The translations under genes and the position numbers were made by a program. A stretch of 64,000 nucleotides of DNA from a virus, in the IMG/VR virus record IMGVR_UViG_3300012983_003032; one strand, given 5' to 3'. The notes below the pieces were generated by a model that saw only the letters and a program-made list of their open reading frames with translations, was not told the origin of the DNA and ran no database searches. Below, one piece after another: positions 47,376 to 58,212 of this stretch (within the stretch, counting starts at the first letter, position 1; each line of letters begins with the position of its first letter).

Positions 47376-48857
47376 TTGGGAGAAATTATGGCAAAGAAAA
47401 AGTCTTTTGTAGATAAAGTTTATGATGCATATATAAAATCAGACTATTCATACGGTGACAATAACTTAAACCCAAAAAGAGAAATTCGTAAGGATAATAA
47501 AGTTAATACGGAAGATGAATTAAATAAGATTTTATCAGAAATAGAAAGTAAAGTTGAGAATATTAAGTCAAAATATAAGACTTCTTTATTTAGAGAAAAT
47601 GAAATTGCCTTTAATGTTAATGGTGACGGAAAAAATCAAGTTGGTACACCAAGGTCTTTGAAAAACGCCATTCGCCGTGCAGGTGGTAATGGTGATAATT
47701 TAATTTTAGTACCTGGATTTGAAGAAAAATATCCAAATAATTTACCATTGGATATTGAAATGACAATTACAAAGATAATTGGTTCCTTAGGCCCAGACCT
47801 TACAGATAGAGGAGGCCCAAAGTTTGACCCAATTAACCTTAATATCAATGGTCCAAGCCTATTTACTATAAGATGTGACGGTACTATAGATTTTCTTACT
47901 CAAAAAGATACCTCTCCAAAAACAGAAGTTGGGGAGTCTGGAGACCTTATAGGTAATGGTGAAAATGTTGACGGTAGTACTGGAAACGGTGGTAATAATG
48001 GTGCTGGTGGTGGCGGTGGTGCTGGTGGTTCAAACTCCACAAGAAATAGTTCTACATCAGATATGCAGGATAAAGCCGTAAGAGACGCACGAAGCCGTAT
48101 GATAGCAAACTTACAAAACGATAGAGCTACAGTAATCGATTGTGCATTATATGACTTAAGTATACTTCAAGTAATACTATCTATATTAAAGGTAATAAAG
48201 ACTATTAGGGGTATTCTTGACCCTGCATTATCAATTACAGTAGAGTCTGTAAAATTGGTTGTTTTGGCTGCACAATGTTGGAATAACCCTACCTCTATAG
48301 GTGAAGTAATTTCACGTATTATGGAAAAAGTTGTTGCTATTTTGGTTATGATAGTTGCAATGTTACTTCAAATGTTGTGGAATATGTTAGGTTTGGACTG
48401 TTTAACTTCTAGGTCTATATCTACGATTCAAGAGATTAAATCTCTCTTGGCAGGGATAAACTCAATATTTATTGAAGTAGATAAAACTGCATTATCTTTA
48501 TCTGGTGGTGTTCAACAAGTTAAGGATGCATGGGATGAGGCAAGTGATGCTATACAAGACGCAATGAATTATAGTCTTTCTGATAGGCTTAAAGATACAA
48601 TAGATATGGAAACTTTATCAAAGAATTTCTACGACTCTGCATTAGTTTCTAATCCTAGAGGTGCAGCGGAGTCTTTCGCTATGGATGCTGTTTCTCAAAC
48701 AGACGCATATAATCAGATTATAGATGCAATTAACAATGTTAAAAGTTTGGGAAGTACTGCACAAAGTATGGTTAACGCATTTAGTAAGATGACCAAAAAT
48801 GTTGATAAGGGTATTCAGCAGTTCTCTAATAAATTTGAGGGAATTCACGTAAAATAA
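47376..48857 (+). CDS. tail protein with poly-Gly linker and C-terminal hydrophobic helices (493 aa)
   Basis: GNGGNNGAGGGGGAGGS linker followed by amphipathic/hydrophobic segments; possible membrane-interacting tip protein. Confidence 0.5.
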   Translation: MGEIMAKKKSFVDKVYDAYIKSDYSYGDNNLNPKREIRKDNKVNTEDELNKILSEIESKVENIKSKYKTSLFRENEIAFNVNGDGKNQVGTPRSLKNAIRRAGGNGDNLILVPGFEEKYPNNLPLDIEMTITKIIGSLGPDLTDRGGPKFDPINLNINGPSLFTIRCDGTIDFLTQKDTSPKTEVGESGDLIGNGENVDGSTGNGGNNGAGGGGGAGGSNSTRNSSTSDMQDKAVRDARSRMIANLQNDRATVIDCALYDLSILQVILSILKVIKTIRGILDPALSITVESVKLVVLAAQCWNNPTSIGEVISRIMEKVVAILVMIVAMLLQMLWNMLGLDCLTSRSISTIQEIKSLLAGINSIFIEVDKTALSLSGGVQQVKDAWDEASDAIQDAMNYSLSDRLKDTIDMETLSKNFYDSALVSNPRGAAESFAMDAVSQTDAYNQIIDAINNVKSLGSTAQSMVNAFSKMTKNVDKGIQQFSNKFEGIHVK

Positions 48858-48923
48858 TACCTAAAATCTTGCTTTCCTTATATTGAACTAAATATTTATA
48901 AATATATAAGGAATTTTTAAAAA

Positions 48924-51900
48924 TTGGAAAATTATGTAAACTTTTTAAGTGATACTGAGACATCTTCTTCTTCATACAGAAATCGTGTTGATAGATTAGA
49001 GAATTACAATAAGTATCTTAAAGATAATTTTTTTACAGGTAGCAAGTTTAAGTCAATAACAGACCTTGCAAAGTTTTTAAGACTCAAAGTAGTAGACGCT
49101 AACAGCATAGACGTTATAAATTCTATTAAGCCACCAGCAATGGGTAATGACTTGAATGACCCAGAAACAGAAATGGTAACAGGAATGTTACAACATTTAC
49201 AGGCTTCTGAATTTGTACAAATGTTCTTGGACTCTTATATGGCCCCACTTAACAGTGATATTAAGTGGCGACTAGGTGAAGTAACAGGTACAAAAATTTT
49301 CAATTATATTGACGGTAAAGCCTTATATGAACCTGATAAAATCAGTCAACTTGTACAATACGACGAGTTTGGTAGAATTGACACTACTGCAAACTTTAGG
49401 TATAAAGTAAAGATAGATGGTTTAGGTAGTTCTATACGTTCTGCAGAAGAATATTTAGTAAATTATTTTTTCCCACCTTATACCAAAGACGCATTTGCGG
49501 GATTAGACACAAAATATATTGCTGATGAAGCCATAAAAAAGAGAGTTTGGGTAGATACTATTTATAACGACTATAATGAGATTGTACCTTGTAAGGTTTG
49601 TGGTAAAAAAGGGGGTCACTGGCATTATCCTGATATGAATAATGATATGGTGAACATTACTTTTGATACCAAAAATCTTATGTCTATGAGGGAAAACCCA
49701 ACTTATCGTAAAGTTGCATTTAAACCTATTAATGACAATATTTCATTACTTCAACGTGGATTTGAATATGTAACAGGTATAGTTTCTACATATCTTACAG
49801 AGTGGGATATTTCTTTGTATATACAAGAAGGACTTCTTTCAGATACAGCAGGAGTTACACCTTCAACATTAACTATTTGTAATAGAATTACTAAAGATAA
49901 TCCTTGTAAATTAACAGGCTCTAATGCCTTAAACTTTGGTGTATTAAACGGTGCTATTTCAAAATTAGATATAAGTTCGGGCCTTATACCTTGTAAGGCA
50001 GAATGGGACCCTTCTGCTTATCCATTATCAACATATTGGTGGCCTTTGGAAACTAAGCCTAGAGGAAAAACAAACTCTGTTTCTGACCAATTACCAACTT
50101 TCTATGATGAGGCTAAGAAGACTTGGTCAAATGTTAATATCGGAAGTAAAAGTACTAGAGATAAGATAAGATTCTTTGATGGTAGAGGTGCAGCCTATAG
50201 TGGTTGGAGAAGTTGGGATAGGATGAAATATGCCTCTTCTATATACACAACTCCTGACGATGGATTATCTGACGTAGACGTAATCCATATGTGTGAAGAA
50301 ACTGCGGACTTTACATTCTGTGATACTCTTGATAAAAATGGTCAAATTGTAGACGGTGAAATTCAACAGATTATTAACCTCTTTCTAGAGGAAGAGGGTA
50401 TGGGAGGCATTGCCGAAGGTTCTGATGAAGATGATTATTATGACGGACAAAAGGCTACAACCGTTCCAGAAATAAATATTGATGACAGTGGTGATGACGA
50501 CGGTAGGTGGAAAAGTACTTGTAAGTCATTTGTAAGAAAATATTTTAGTAGGAACAGTACTAAAGATAATGCCCTTAAAGTAGGAAAGAAAGCAGGAAAT
50601 GGATTTATGAATGCCATGATGGGTGTTTCTAATGACGCTACGTCTGCTGGCACAAATACTGTTAATGGTAATGCAGGCAGTGCAAACGGTAGTACAGATA
50701 CATCAAATGCAGTTCCTTCTTTATTAAATACTGACGCGTCTGTTAATGGTCAATACAGTAGACAAGACGGTGTTTCTCAGTGGTCACCTGCATTATATGG
50801 TGGACCTCACGGTAGGTTTTATTCACCAAAAACTTTACAAGCATGGGGACAAGTAGGAAATCCGTTCTTAAGGGATATTCCAAGAATAGATAATCCTGTA
50901 AATAATTCTACTTTCCATTCTAAGACTTGGAACTTCTCAGGAGTTGAAAATTTCTATACTTTAACTGAGAACTTAGGAACAGAAGACCCTAGTAGAAGCC
51001 CTACTAAAGGCTTATCAATTTTGAAAAAAGGTTCCCTTACCTATACTCAACAAGCTGTTTGGGTATTAAATACACATTGGGTTTATAACGAATATCAACG
51101 TCGTTCCCGTAAAAAATGGGGTTGGCTTTGGTGGGGTTGGGAATACTACTTACCTGGCACATATAATGGGTATACTCTTACTTACACAGGACGAACAGGT
51201 GTAAAATTAAAGTGGGAAAGTACTGGGTATATTTCTTCTTGGTCAAATGTATGTACTAATTGGCCTTGGTGTCCTCACTATTATAGTGACGGTTGGTATG
51301 AGTGGAATACATATTATAGTTATACCAACTCACATCAGTCTTATTGGACAAAAACTTTCTATGGATATGGAACCGTAAGACAATATAATGGTTCAAGTAT
51401 AGTTTCTACTGGTAGTTCAAGTAGTAATAGTTATGGTTCAAGTTCAAGTTCAGGATATGGTGGTAGAGCAACTAGTGGTACAAGGCAATTATATCTCTTA
51501 AAGTCAGCTTCATTTGTTACAACATATGAGGCATACTATAAAAAGTGGGAAATAGAATATAAGAAAAGACCTCTTTTACACGCGTCACCGGCTGCAAAAT
51601 GGAGAATAACACCTGCGGTTAGTTATAGTGCGCAAATTAGAATTGAGCCTGTTTATCGTAGTTTCTGGGATAGAGTATATAATTGGATTTTTAGGCACTC
51701 TACATTAACTGTAAAATATGTATACTCTTTAGGTAATATGAGGACTACACATAGGTTAACTTTCCCTAACTCTGGATATAAAATAGTTCGTAATGCAATG
51801 ACAACATCAGGAAGTAATACGGGGTACCCATATTTATCTTCTTATGAGGAACAAAGTTTCATAGAACATGTATTAGGTAAAAATGAAGGTGCTATGAAGA

Positions 51901-54269
51901 ATGTTTGGGTTCCAATGTGGTTTATACAAGGAGAATCTTCTGCCATAAAAGATGGTAGACCTAATATGATTTTTAGGGCATACTGTAGAGTATTAAATGA
52001 TACTTATTTTGCGGGGTATTGGGAGGCAATTACACACAGAAGTTGGTGTAGCTCTTGGATAGAATACGTATTTAGGGCACAACCTCAAACTGCACAGTAT
52101 ATTGAAATTGATATGAATAGAATTGCCCAGGAACCGTTAGTTCTTTCTGGTTTTGATGTAGAACCATATAGTAATATGGATATTGCAAGTAAGTCAAATG
52201 ATTTAATTGAACTTAAAGGTGATATTCCTACTAAAGGTAAAACAAAATTATACAGTTCTCCTTTTGAGTTCCAAAAAGATATGTATTATCCAATTACATA
52301 CCCTGGACGAGCATGTGAATCTACTCCTTATAAGGTAATTGAAGGATATGGGTATACTTCTGTTATTCCTTGGATTTTACCAAGAACAGACTTAGAATCT
52401 ACTCAATTTGAAGACCCTAATGACTGGTGTTGTTTGAACAATATGGGTAATAATCCTGTGCAAACAAAATCTATAAGTCAAATGATGTCCCTCTTCAAGT
52501 TTCCTACAAGAAATACAGGATATAATACTATATGGAAAGGTTGGAAACCGTCATTACGTACAGGTATAAATGCTACTTGGTGGATAGAAAGGGGTAGTTA
52601 TACTCGTGGTTTCCAGAAAGTTTTGGTTAAGATTTTAACAACTTCTACTTTCTTTAAAAACCAAGCGGTAGAAACTTATAGAGACCCTTATATTGTTGAA
52701 AACTCTAATCCTCTTAGAACTATGACGAAGATTGCTTTACATCAAAAGGCTTGGTTGCAGCAGTGTAAGACTTTATATTTGGAAAACTTGGACTTCCAAG
52801 CAGTATTATCTATTATAAATACCTGTATTGACACAAGTATCCTAAGTCGTAGTATTAAAGGTAGAAAATTGTATGGTCAATTTGATAGTATTTATTATCA
52901 CTATTGGATTGATAAAGCTTATGACTTATTTTCAGACTCTAATACTAAACAACGTTTACGTGAGGCATTTGACAGGGTTATTGGTCAACTAGATAACTTT
53001 ATAAAAGGCAATCGTTATCCAAATTTCAAAAGAATTGGAATAAATCGTATAGACTTAACAATGGATAAATGGAATTATAATGGTATGATAGAGACTTATA
53101 AAAAAATGAGTAATCTTGCATCTTATATAAACGACAGTAACTCTTCAACTGGTGATATGACATTTATCGGTGACTTTATGTATGCTTACTTAAATGTATT
53201 ATATGAATACAGAAAGTTCTTTATAAATAAAAGATGTAATAAAATTGACGGTACTTTATGGACTATGAGAGAACTAGAGGGTGCCATACCTATGGTCACA
53301 AAGAATATTAAAAAACCTAGTGACCCAAGTGGTGGTGGACAAACTGGTGCAAATGGTAATGCAACAGGTACCCCACAATGGTCGTATAAAGTAGATTATT
53401 ATTCTGTTAATAATAATAACTTTGATAAAATCCAGGCTGGTGCCGAAATAACTCAACCTTTGAATATGGATAGAACAAAGTACGTTTATATTGAAGTAAA
53501 ATATGTAGACAAACTTGTAGTTGAGGATTATCTCGAAAAAGTTAAGAATAATAGATGGGACGAATCTAAGGCAGGTCGTTATATATTTATTCCTGAGAGT
53601 CAAAAGTGGGCAGAATTACCATTTGATGGTAAGTATAGATATGAGTCTACTGAATTTTTGGAAAACTTGGCAAAAGAGGTTTATAACGAAAAGGCTAAAA
53701 AAGTTGGAAGACTAGATTTATTGAAAAACATAAATGAAAATATTCAGGAGTGTAAATTTGATATAAAGTGGTCTGACGGTAGTGGTGGTCTTAATGAAGT
53801 TATAACAGGTGGGAAGACAAGAAAAGAGACATTAGATATGACTAATCATTTCCCATACGTTTATAAAAAGCCAAAAACTGAAGATTATCCAAGTATCATA
53901 TTTAATGTAATGAGTGGTATTGACCTTACTAAAGTAAGTGATATCGCAACAAAGATAGAAGACCCTTCTGGTGCATTAAGTACAGTATGTTATCTTAAAC
54001 TGGATAAAGACTACTGGCAGATACGTATTCCAGAAGATAAGATGCCTTTAACTGTAGGATATTTAACTAACCTTAGTATTAAAACATTATTGTCATCTTT
54101 AGATTACTACGACGTACCTGATATATCATTCCCAGGTGCAGCAACAGGCGCATTTGGTTATATGTTATATCCAATTGTTGAGGAACAGGCTAACTCTATT
54201 CCTGGTATTGGTGTAGACTTGAATGGTATAAGTGAGAAAATTAAAGAGTATTATAAAATAGGGGGCTAA
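48924..54269 (+). CDS. giant tail fibre / host-recognition protein (1781 aa) with Trp/Tyr-rich region
   Basis: TTG start after AAGGA. Contains WGWLWWGWEYYLPGTYNGY...WPWCPHYYSDGWYEW and S/G-rich spacers. Confidence 0.55.
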   Translation: MENYVNFLSDTETSSSSYRNRVDRLENYNKYLKDNFFTGSKFKSITDLAKFLRLKVVDANSIDVINSIKPPAMGNDLNDPETEMVTGMLQHLQASEFVQMFLDSYMAPLNSDIKWRLGEVTGTKIFNYIDGKALYEPDKISQLVQYDEFGRIDTTANFRYKVKIDGLGSSIRSAEEYLVNYFFPPYTKDAFAGLDTKYIADEAIKKRVWVDTIYNDYNEIVPCKVCGKKGGHWHYPDMNNDMVNITFDTKNLMSMRENPTYRKVAFKPINDNISLLQRGFEYVTGIVSTYLTEWDISLYIQEGLLSDTAGVTPSTLTICNRITKDNPCKLTGSNALNFGVLNGAISKLDISSGLIPCKAEWDPSAYPLSTYWWPLETKPRGKTNSVSDQLPTFYDEAKKTWSNVNIGSKSTRDKIRFFDGRGAAYSGWRSWDRMKYASSIYTTPDDGLSDVDVIHMCEETADFTFCDTLDKNGQIVDGEIQQIINLFLEEEGMGGIAEGSDEDDYYDGQKATTVPEINIDDSGDDDGRWKSTCKSFVRKYFSRNSTKDNALKVGKKAGNGFMNAMMGVSNDATSAGTNTVNGNAGSANGSTDTSNAVPSLLNTDASVNGQYSRQDGVSQWSPALYGGPHGRFYSPKTLQAWGQVGNPFLRDIPRIDNPVNNSTFHSKTWNFSGVENFYTLTENLGTEDPSRSPTKGLSILKKGSLTYTQQAVWVLNTHWVYNEYQRRSRKKWGWLWWGWEYYLPGTYNGYTLTYTGRTGVKLKWESTGYISSWSNVCTNWPWCPHYYSDGWYEWNTYYSYTNSHQSYWTKTFYGYGTVRQYNGSSIVSTGSSSSNSYGSSSSSGYGGRATSGTRQLYLLKSASFVTTYEAYYKKWEIEYKKRPLLHASPAAKWRITPAVSYSAQIRIEPVYRSFWDRVYNWIFRHSTLTVKYVYSLGNMRTTHRLTFPNSGYKIVRNAMTTSGSNTGYPYLSSYEEQSFIEHVLGKNEGAMKNVWVPMWFIQGESSAIKDGRPNMIFRAYCRVLNDTYFAGYWEAITHRSWCSSWIEYVFRAQPQTAQYIEIDMNRIAQEPLVLSGFDVEPYSNMDIASKSNDLIELKGDIPTKGKTKLYSSPFEFQKDMYYPITYPGRACESTPYKVIEGYGYTSVIPWILPRTDLESTQFEDPNDWCCLNNMGNNPVQTKSISQMMSLFKFPTRNTGYNTIWKGWKPSLRTGINATWWIERGSYTRGFQKVLVKILTTSTFFKNQAVETYRDPYIVENSNPLRTMTKIALHQKAWLQQCKTLYLENLDFQAVLSIINTCIDTSILSRSIKGRKLYGQFDSIYYHYWIDKAYDLFSDSNTKQRLREAFDRVIGQLDNFIKGNRYPNFKRIGINRIDLTMDKWNYNGMIETYKKMSNLASYINDSNSSTGDMTFIGDFMYAYLNVLYEYRKFFINKRCNKIDGTLWTMRELEGAIPMVTKNIKKPSDPSGGGQTGANGNATGTPQWSYKVDYYSVNNNNFDKIQAGAEITQPLNMDRTKYVYIEVKYVDKLVVEDYLEKVKNNRWDESKAGRYIFIPESQKWAELPFDGKYRYESTEFLENLAKEVYNEKAKKVGRLDLLKNINENIQECKFDIKWSDGSGGLNEVITGGKTRKETLDMTNHFPYVYKKPKTEDYPSIIFNVMSGIDLTKVSDIATKIEDPSGALSTVCYLKLDKDYWQIRIPEDKMPLTVGYLTNLSIKTLLSSLDYYDVPDISFPGAATGAFGYMLYPIVEEQANSIPGIGVDLNGISEKIKEYYKIGG

Positions 54270-54271
54270 AA

Positions 54272-55111
54272 ATGATTTTATGTATAACGAATTATAGGGA
54301 GTCTGATATATTATGTTTAAATTGTGAAATACAAAAGTTTTTAAAATCTTTTGAAAATTGTCAAGTTTATATATATCATGACGAAGATTATTCAATTTGC
54401 AGAGATAGATATTTAGAGTCCCCAAATATTCATATTTTGACAGAAAATATGAATAAAGGTACTTTATACGGTAGGATAAAAATTATAAATTCAATCCCCT
54501 CAGAATTTGATAATGAGTTTTTATTGTGGTTGGATTCAGATGATATTTTGACAAATATATCTTTTTTAAAAAAAGTAGATACAGACTTTAAGAACTTTGA
54601 CGTTATAGCTCAAGATGATTTAAGTATTAAGGCAATATGGACAAAAATTGTAAAATTGAAAATTTTCAAACAAATTATTCCTACAATAAAACAATATCAA
54701 GGATTAAAAGTTAGAACATCTGAATGTAATATTTTAACAGCGGGAATATTAGATTTATGTTATAATAAAAATATACCTTATCTAATTTGTGAAACAAACT
54801 GGATTAAATATAAAGGTATTCATCAACCTTTCAATATACTAAAATCTAATTTTGATTGTGGGGATTTTGAAAAAACGAAATATTTGTTACAAGATTTGAT
54901 ACAATGGGTAATTTGGGAAGAAAAAGAACCACCTAGTTTTAATATAAACATGGGTAATTGTAATCATGTATATGAAGAAAATAAAGAATCCTTCAATAAA
55001 CTTAGACAAATTAAAGAATATATAAACTTGATAAATAATTATGTTGAAGAAATAAGTATTGATATGCCTACAGATTACAAAGAAATAATAAATAAAAATT
55101 TTAAGATTTAA
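54272..55111 (+). CDS. GT-A-like glycosyltransferase candidate (279 aa)
   Basis: YIYHDED and LLWLDSDDIL (DxD) arrangement reminiscent of the 7609 GT; weak. Confidence 0.4.
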   Translation: MILCITNYRESDILCLNCEIQKFLKSFENCQVYIYHDEDYSICRDRYLESPNIHILTENMNKGTLYGRIKIINSIPSEFDNEFLLWLDSDDILTNISFLKKVDTDFKNFDVIAQDDLSIKAIWTKIVKLKIFKQIIPTIKQYQGLKVRTSECNILTAGILDLCYNKNIPYLICETNWIKYKGIHQPFNILKSNFDCGDFEKTKYLLQDLIQWVIWEEKEPPSFNINMGNCNHVYEENKESFNKLRQIKEYINLINNYVEEISIDMPTDYKEIINKNFKI

Positions 55112-55195
55112 TTTCATTTTTGAAAATAAAAACTAATTTTTAAAAGTTTAAACATACTATACGGTTTTAAAATAGTATATTATTTCAAAAATACA

Positions 55196-55687
55196 TTGGA
55201 GGAGAAAATGATTTTAACAGAATATGTTAATTCAGCAAACGTAAATGATTCAATCAAAAAATATTTAAAAGACGAGAAAAATTTTTCTGATGAAAGAAAA
55301 ACTTCCGAAATTAAAGATATGATTACTAGTGCTTACAATTATGGTGTTTTTAGCTTATTAAATGATAGAAAAGCCTCTAAAGACAGAACCAAATTGGATA
55401 AAACTAAAGAAATTACTGCCTATTTACCTGATATGTTTACCAATTCTAATATGGGTGAACAACTTACAACGTCGATAATGCAGGCAATTAAAACAAACAG
55501 TAGTAATTATATTTTGAATATAGGGTATGAAACTATTATCCCCGACGATATTAAAAAAGCTTTACAAATTGCATATGCAATAGGTATAACAGCAGGATTT
55601 GATATTTCAAGTGACCCCGAATTGAAATCAATATATCAGGCAAATATCGAAAGGTTTATCAAACACGGGGCTGGGAATAATGTATAA
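55196..55687 (+). CDS. hypothetical protein (163 aa)
   Basis: SD GGAGG. Confidence 0.45.
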   Translation: MEEKMILTEYVNSANVNDSIKKYLKDEKNFSDERKTSEIKDMITSAYNYGVFSLLNDRKASKDRTKLDKTKEITAYLPDMFTNSNMGEQLTTSIMQAIKTNSSNYILNIGYETIIPDDIKKALQIAYAIGITAGFDISSDPELKSIYQANIERFIKHGAGNNV

Positions 55688-55943
55688 GTTTAGTAGAAAC
55701 TTTTCAAATAATCTACTAAAAAATACGGGGATTGTTCTAACCGAAGACAATGCAGCATATATTAAATCTATTTGTAAAAATACTGAACCTTATCGTAAGA
55801 TAGATAATAAAGGTAGGAACTCAGAGTATTTTACTTTTAGATTAGAAGACAATTTGGTCACCTTAGTATGTGATGCAGATAAAAAGTTAATAGTAACGTG
55901 TATCATTGAAACACATGATAGACCACAATTTAGGAAAAAATAA
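55680..55943 (+). CDS. hypothetical protein (87 aa)
   Basis: Overlapping start. Confidence 0.4.
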   Translation: MYKFSRNFSNNLLKNTGIVLTEDNAAYIKSICKNTEPYRKIDNKGRNSEYFTFRLEDNLVTLVCDADKKLIVTCIIETHDRPQFRKK

Positions 55944-55945
55944 AT

Positions 55946-56218
55946 ATGACTGTAAAAACAATAAACTTTGTAAGTGATAATCCTAGGGAGAAGTTAGCCT
56001 GCGTTTTTGTCTTAGATGATAATAATACAGAACTTAAAAAGATGTCGTTTTATAATGACGATAAAGACGTGGCAATGGAGCCAGAATTAGCACAAACTAT
56101 TGATAGTCTTCCAGAGTTCTTAGAATATGTTTATAATATGGGAAAGGACGGTGTTAAGGTAGACTTTATAACTTCAGATATCGAAGTTCCGTCAGATGAC
56201 GAAGAAGAAACTAATTAA
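55946..56218 (+). CDS. hypothetical acidic protein (90 aa)
   Basis: ORF. Confidence 0.4.
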   Translation: MTVKTINFVSDNPREKLACVFVLDDNNTELKKMSFYNDDKDVAMEPELAQTIDSLPEFLEYVYNMGKDGVKVDFITSDIEVPSDDEEETN

Positions 56219-56240
56219 ATAAATTGGAGGTTATATATAA

Positions 56241-57914
56241 ATGGGAAAAATCCTAAAATTTGGAAATGACGCAAGAAGTTTAGTTCTTGACGGTATTAAT
56301 GAACTTGAAGAGGCAGTAACTTGTACACTTGGCCCAAAAGGACGTACTGTTATTTTAGACAGTGGTAATGGTCATCCTATTGTTACTAAAGACGGTGTTT
56401 CTGTTGCAAAGTTCATTGACTTTTCTGATAAATATAAAAATATTGGTGCAAGTTTCATACAAGAAGCAGCAAGAAAAACCAATGCTGTTGCAGGTGATGG
56501 TACTACAACTGCAACTCTTATCACATCGGAATTATGTAAAGCAGGACATGAATTGGTTTCTCAAAAATTTGACGCAGTTGACGTTAAAAAAGGATTTGAG
56601 AAAGCTAAAGATGCAGTAATTGAAGTATTAAATACTCAAAAAAGAGTTATTTCTGAGGAAGACGATATTTTACACATTGCAACTATTTCTGCAAATAATG
56701 ACGAAGAAATTGGTCAATTTATCTGTGACGCTTTTACACATATTGGAGAAGGTGGTATTGTTGGTGCAATGGACGCACATAACAGAACAGGAAAGACATC
56801 TATTACATACTCTAATGGTATGGAGTTTTTGAAGGGATTTTTCTCTTCTTCGGTAGTTAATACCGATATGGAAACTTGTTGTTTTGAAAATCCTAGATAC
56901 CTTATTTATGGTAATAAGGTTGATGATTTTAAGAGTATTGCACAAATTATACAGATGGCTAACAAAAATAACGAAAGTCTTGTTATTATCGCCCCTTATT
57001 TTGAAGACACATTCCAAGAAAACTTTATTACAAATGTTGAAAAAGGATATATTAGTGCAGTAGCAGTTGTTGCCCCTGGAAATAGTAGAGACGATATAAA
57101 TGAAAACCTTGGTGATATTGCTGCTTTGGTAGGTGCAACTATTATTGAGGGAAAGGGTAAAGACTCAATCTCTATAGATAAGTTTGAATACAAACATTTA
57201 GGTTCTTCTGAGTCAATTACAGTTGCTCGTGGTAAAACAACTATCACAGGTGGTAAGGGCACTAAGGAGGATATAGACAAAAGGGTTGCAGATATTAAAA
57301 AACTTATTGAAGGTAGTGAGGCAGACGAAACATTTAAGACAGATTATGAATTAGATATGTTAAAAGAACGTATTGCAAAACTTTCAGGTGGTATAGCAAC
57401 AATTCATATTGGTGCATTCTCAGATATCGAAGCAAAGGAAAAGAAAGATAGATATGAAGATGCTATCAATGCCGTAAATGCTGCAATTCGTGACGGTATT
57501 ATCGCAGGTGGTGGTGCTGGTCTTTTACATGCTGTAAAGACTGTTGCAAATAGTCATAAACCATTAGAAAACCCTACACAGGAAGTGGGATTCCAAAAAT
57601 TTCTTAAAATTATGGAAATGCCAGCAAGAAGAATTATCGAGTCTACTGGTAAAGACCCAGGTTATTATGCAGAAAAGATTAAGGAAAGTGATAATCTCTC
57701 TTATGGATTTAATGCAAAACTTGAAGAATTTTCAGACGACCTTTATAGGGACGGAGTAGTAGACCCAGTAAAAGTAACTGAGGCAGCATTGTCATACGGT
57801 ACTTCTGTAGCTGGAACTTTTATTACTTCTTCATGTGTTATTACTTCTGACGTTTATAATTGTAGGGTTTCTGCAAATGACCCTATTATGAGTGAGGAGG
57901 TAATATATGAGTAA
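56241..57914 (+). CDS. groEL: GroEL/Hsp60-family chaperonin
   Basis: KFGNDAR...LGPKGRTVIL...PIVTKDGVSVAKFIDF...AGDGTTTATL...ATISANNDEEIG tracks E. coli GroEL over the equatorial domain. 557 aa. No GroES-like gene adjacent. Confidence 0.9.
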   Translation: MGKILKFGNDARSLVLDGINELEEAVTCTLGPKGRTVILDSGNGHPIVTKDGVSVAKFIDFSDKYKNIGASFIQEAARKTNAVAGDGTTTATLITSELCKAGHELVSQKFDAVDVKKGFEKAKDAVIEVLNTQKRVISEEDDILHIATISANNDEEIGQFICDAFTHIGEGGIVGAMDAHNRTGKTSITYSNGMEFLKGFFSSSVVNTDMETCCFENPRYLIYGNKVDDFKSIAQIIQMANKNNESLVIIAPYFEDTFQENFITNVEKGYISAVAVVAPGNSRDDINENLGDIAALVGATIIEGKGKDSISIDKFEYKHLGSSESITVARGKTTITGGKGTKEDIDKRVADIKKLIEGSEADETFKTDYELDMLKERIAKLSGGIATIHIGAFSDIEAKEKKDRYEDAINAVNAAIRDGIIAGGGAGLLHAVKTVANSHKPLENPTQEVGFQKFLKIMEMPARRIIESTGKDPGYYAEKIKESDNLSYGFNAKLEEFSDDLYRDGVVDPVKVTEAALSYGTSVAGTFITSSCVITSDVYNCRVSANDPIMSEEVIYE

Positions 57915-58212
57915 AACAGATAAATTATTAAAATCAGACGGTCAATTATATCAACCTATGGTTATATATAATCAAACTATAAGGGTTGGATTTCATAAGG
58001 AAAGGATGGGGTATACATTTTATTCACCAAACGTATTCCTCGACCCTGATAGTGCAGTAAAATATATGTCAACTTTTATAAAAGAATTAATTTCTGAAGG
58101 AACTTTACCTCAAGAAGTTATAAAAGATGGTCAGATTGACTATAGTATGATTGAAACAACTGTAGCACCTTGTATTTTATCTGCAATTGAAGCCGTGGAT
58201 GAGGATGAATAA
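57907..58212 (+). CDS. hypothetical protein (101 aa), not GroES-like
   Basis: Overlaps groEL stop; no GroES mobile-loop/beta-barrel pattern. Confidence 0.4.
   Translation: MSKTDKLLKSDGQLYQPMVIYNQTIRVGFHKERMGYTFYSPNVFLDPDSAVKYMSTFIKELISEGTLPQEVIKDGQIDYSMIETTVAPCILSAIEAVDEDE

Noticed and set aside
57907-58212. GroES co-chaperonin downstream of groEL
   Set aside because: The size is right, but the sequence lacks GroES-like features (no glycine-rich mobile loop; no similarity to MNIRPLHDRV-type N-terminus).
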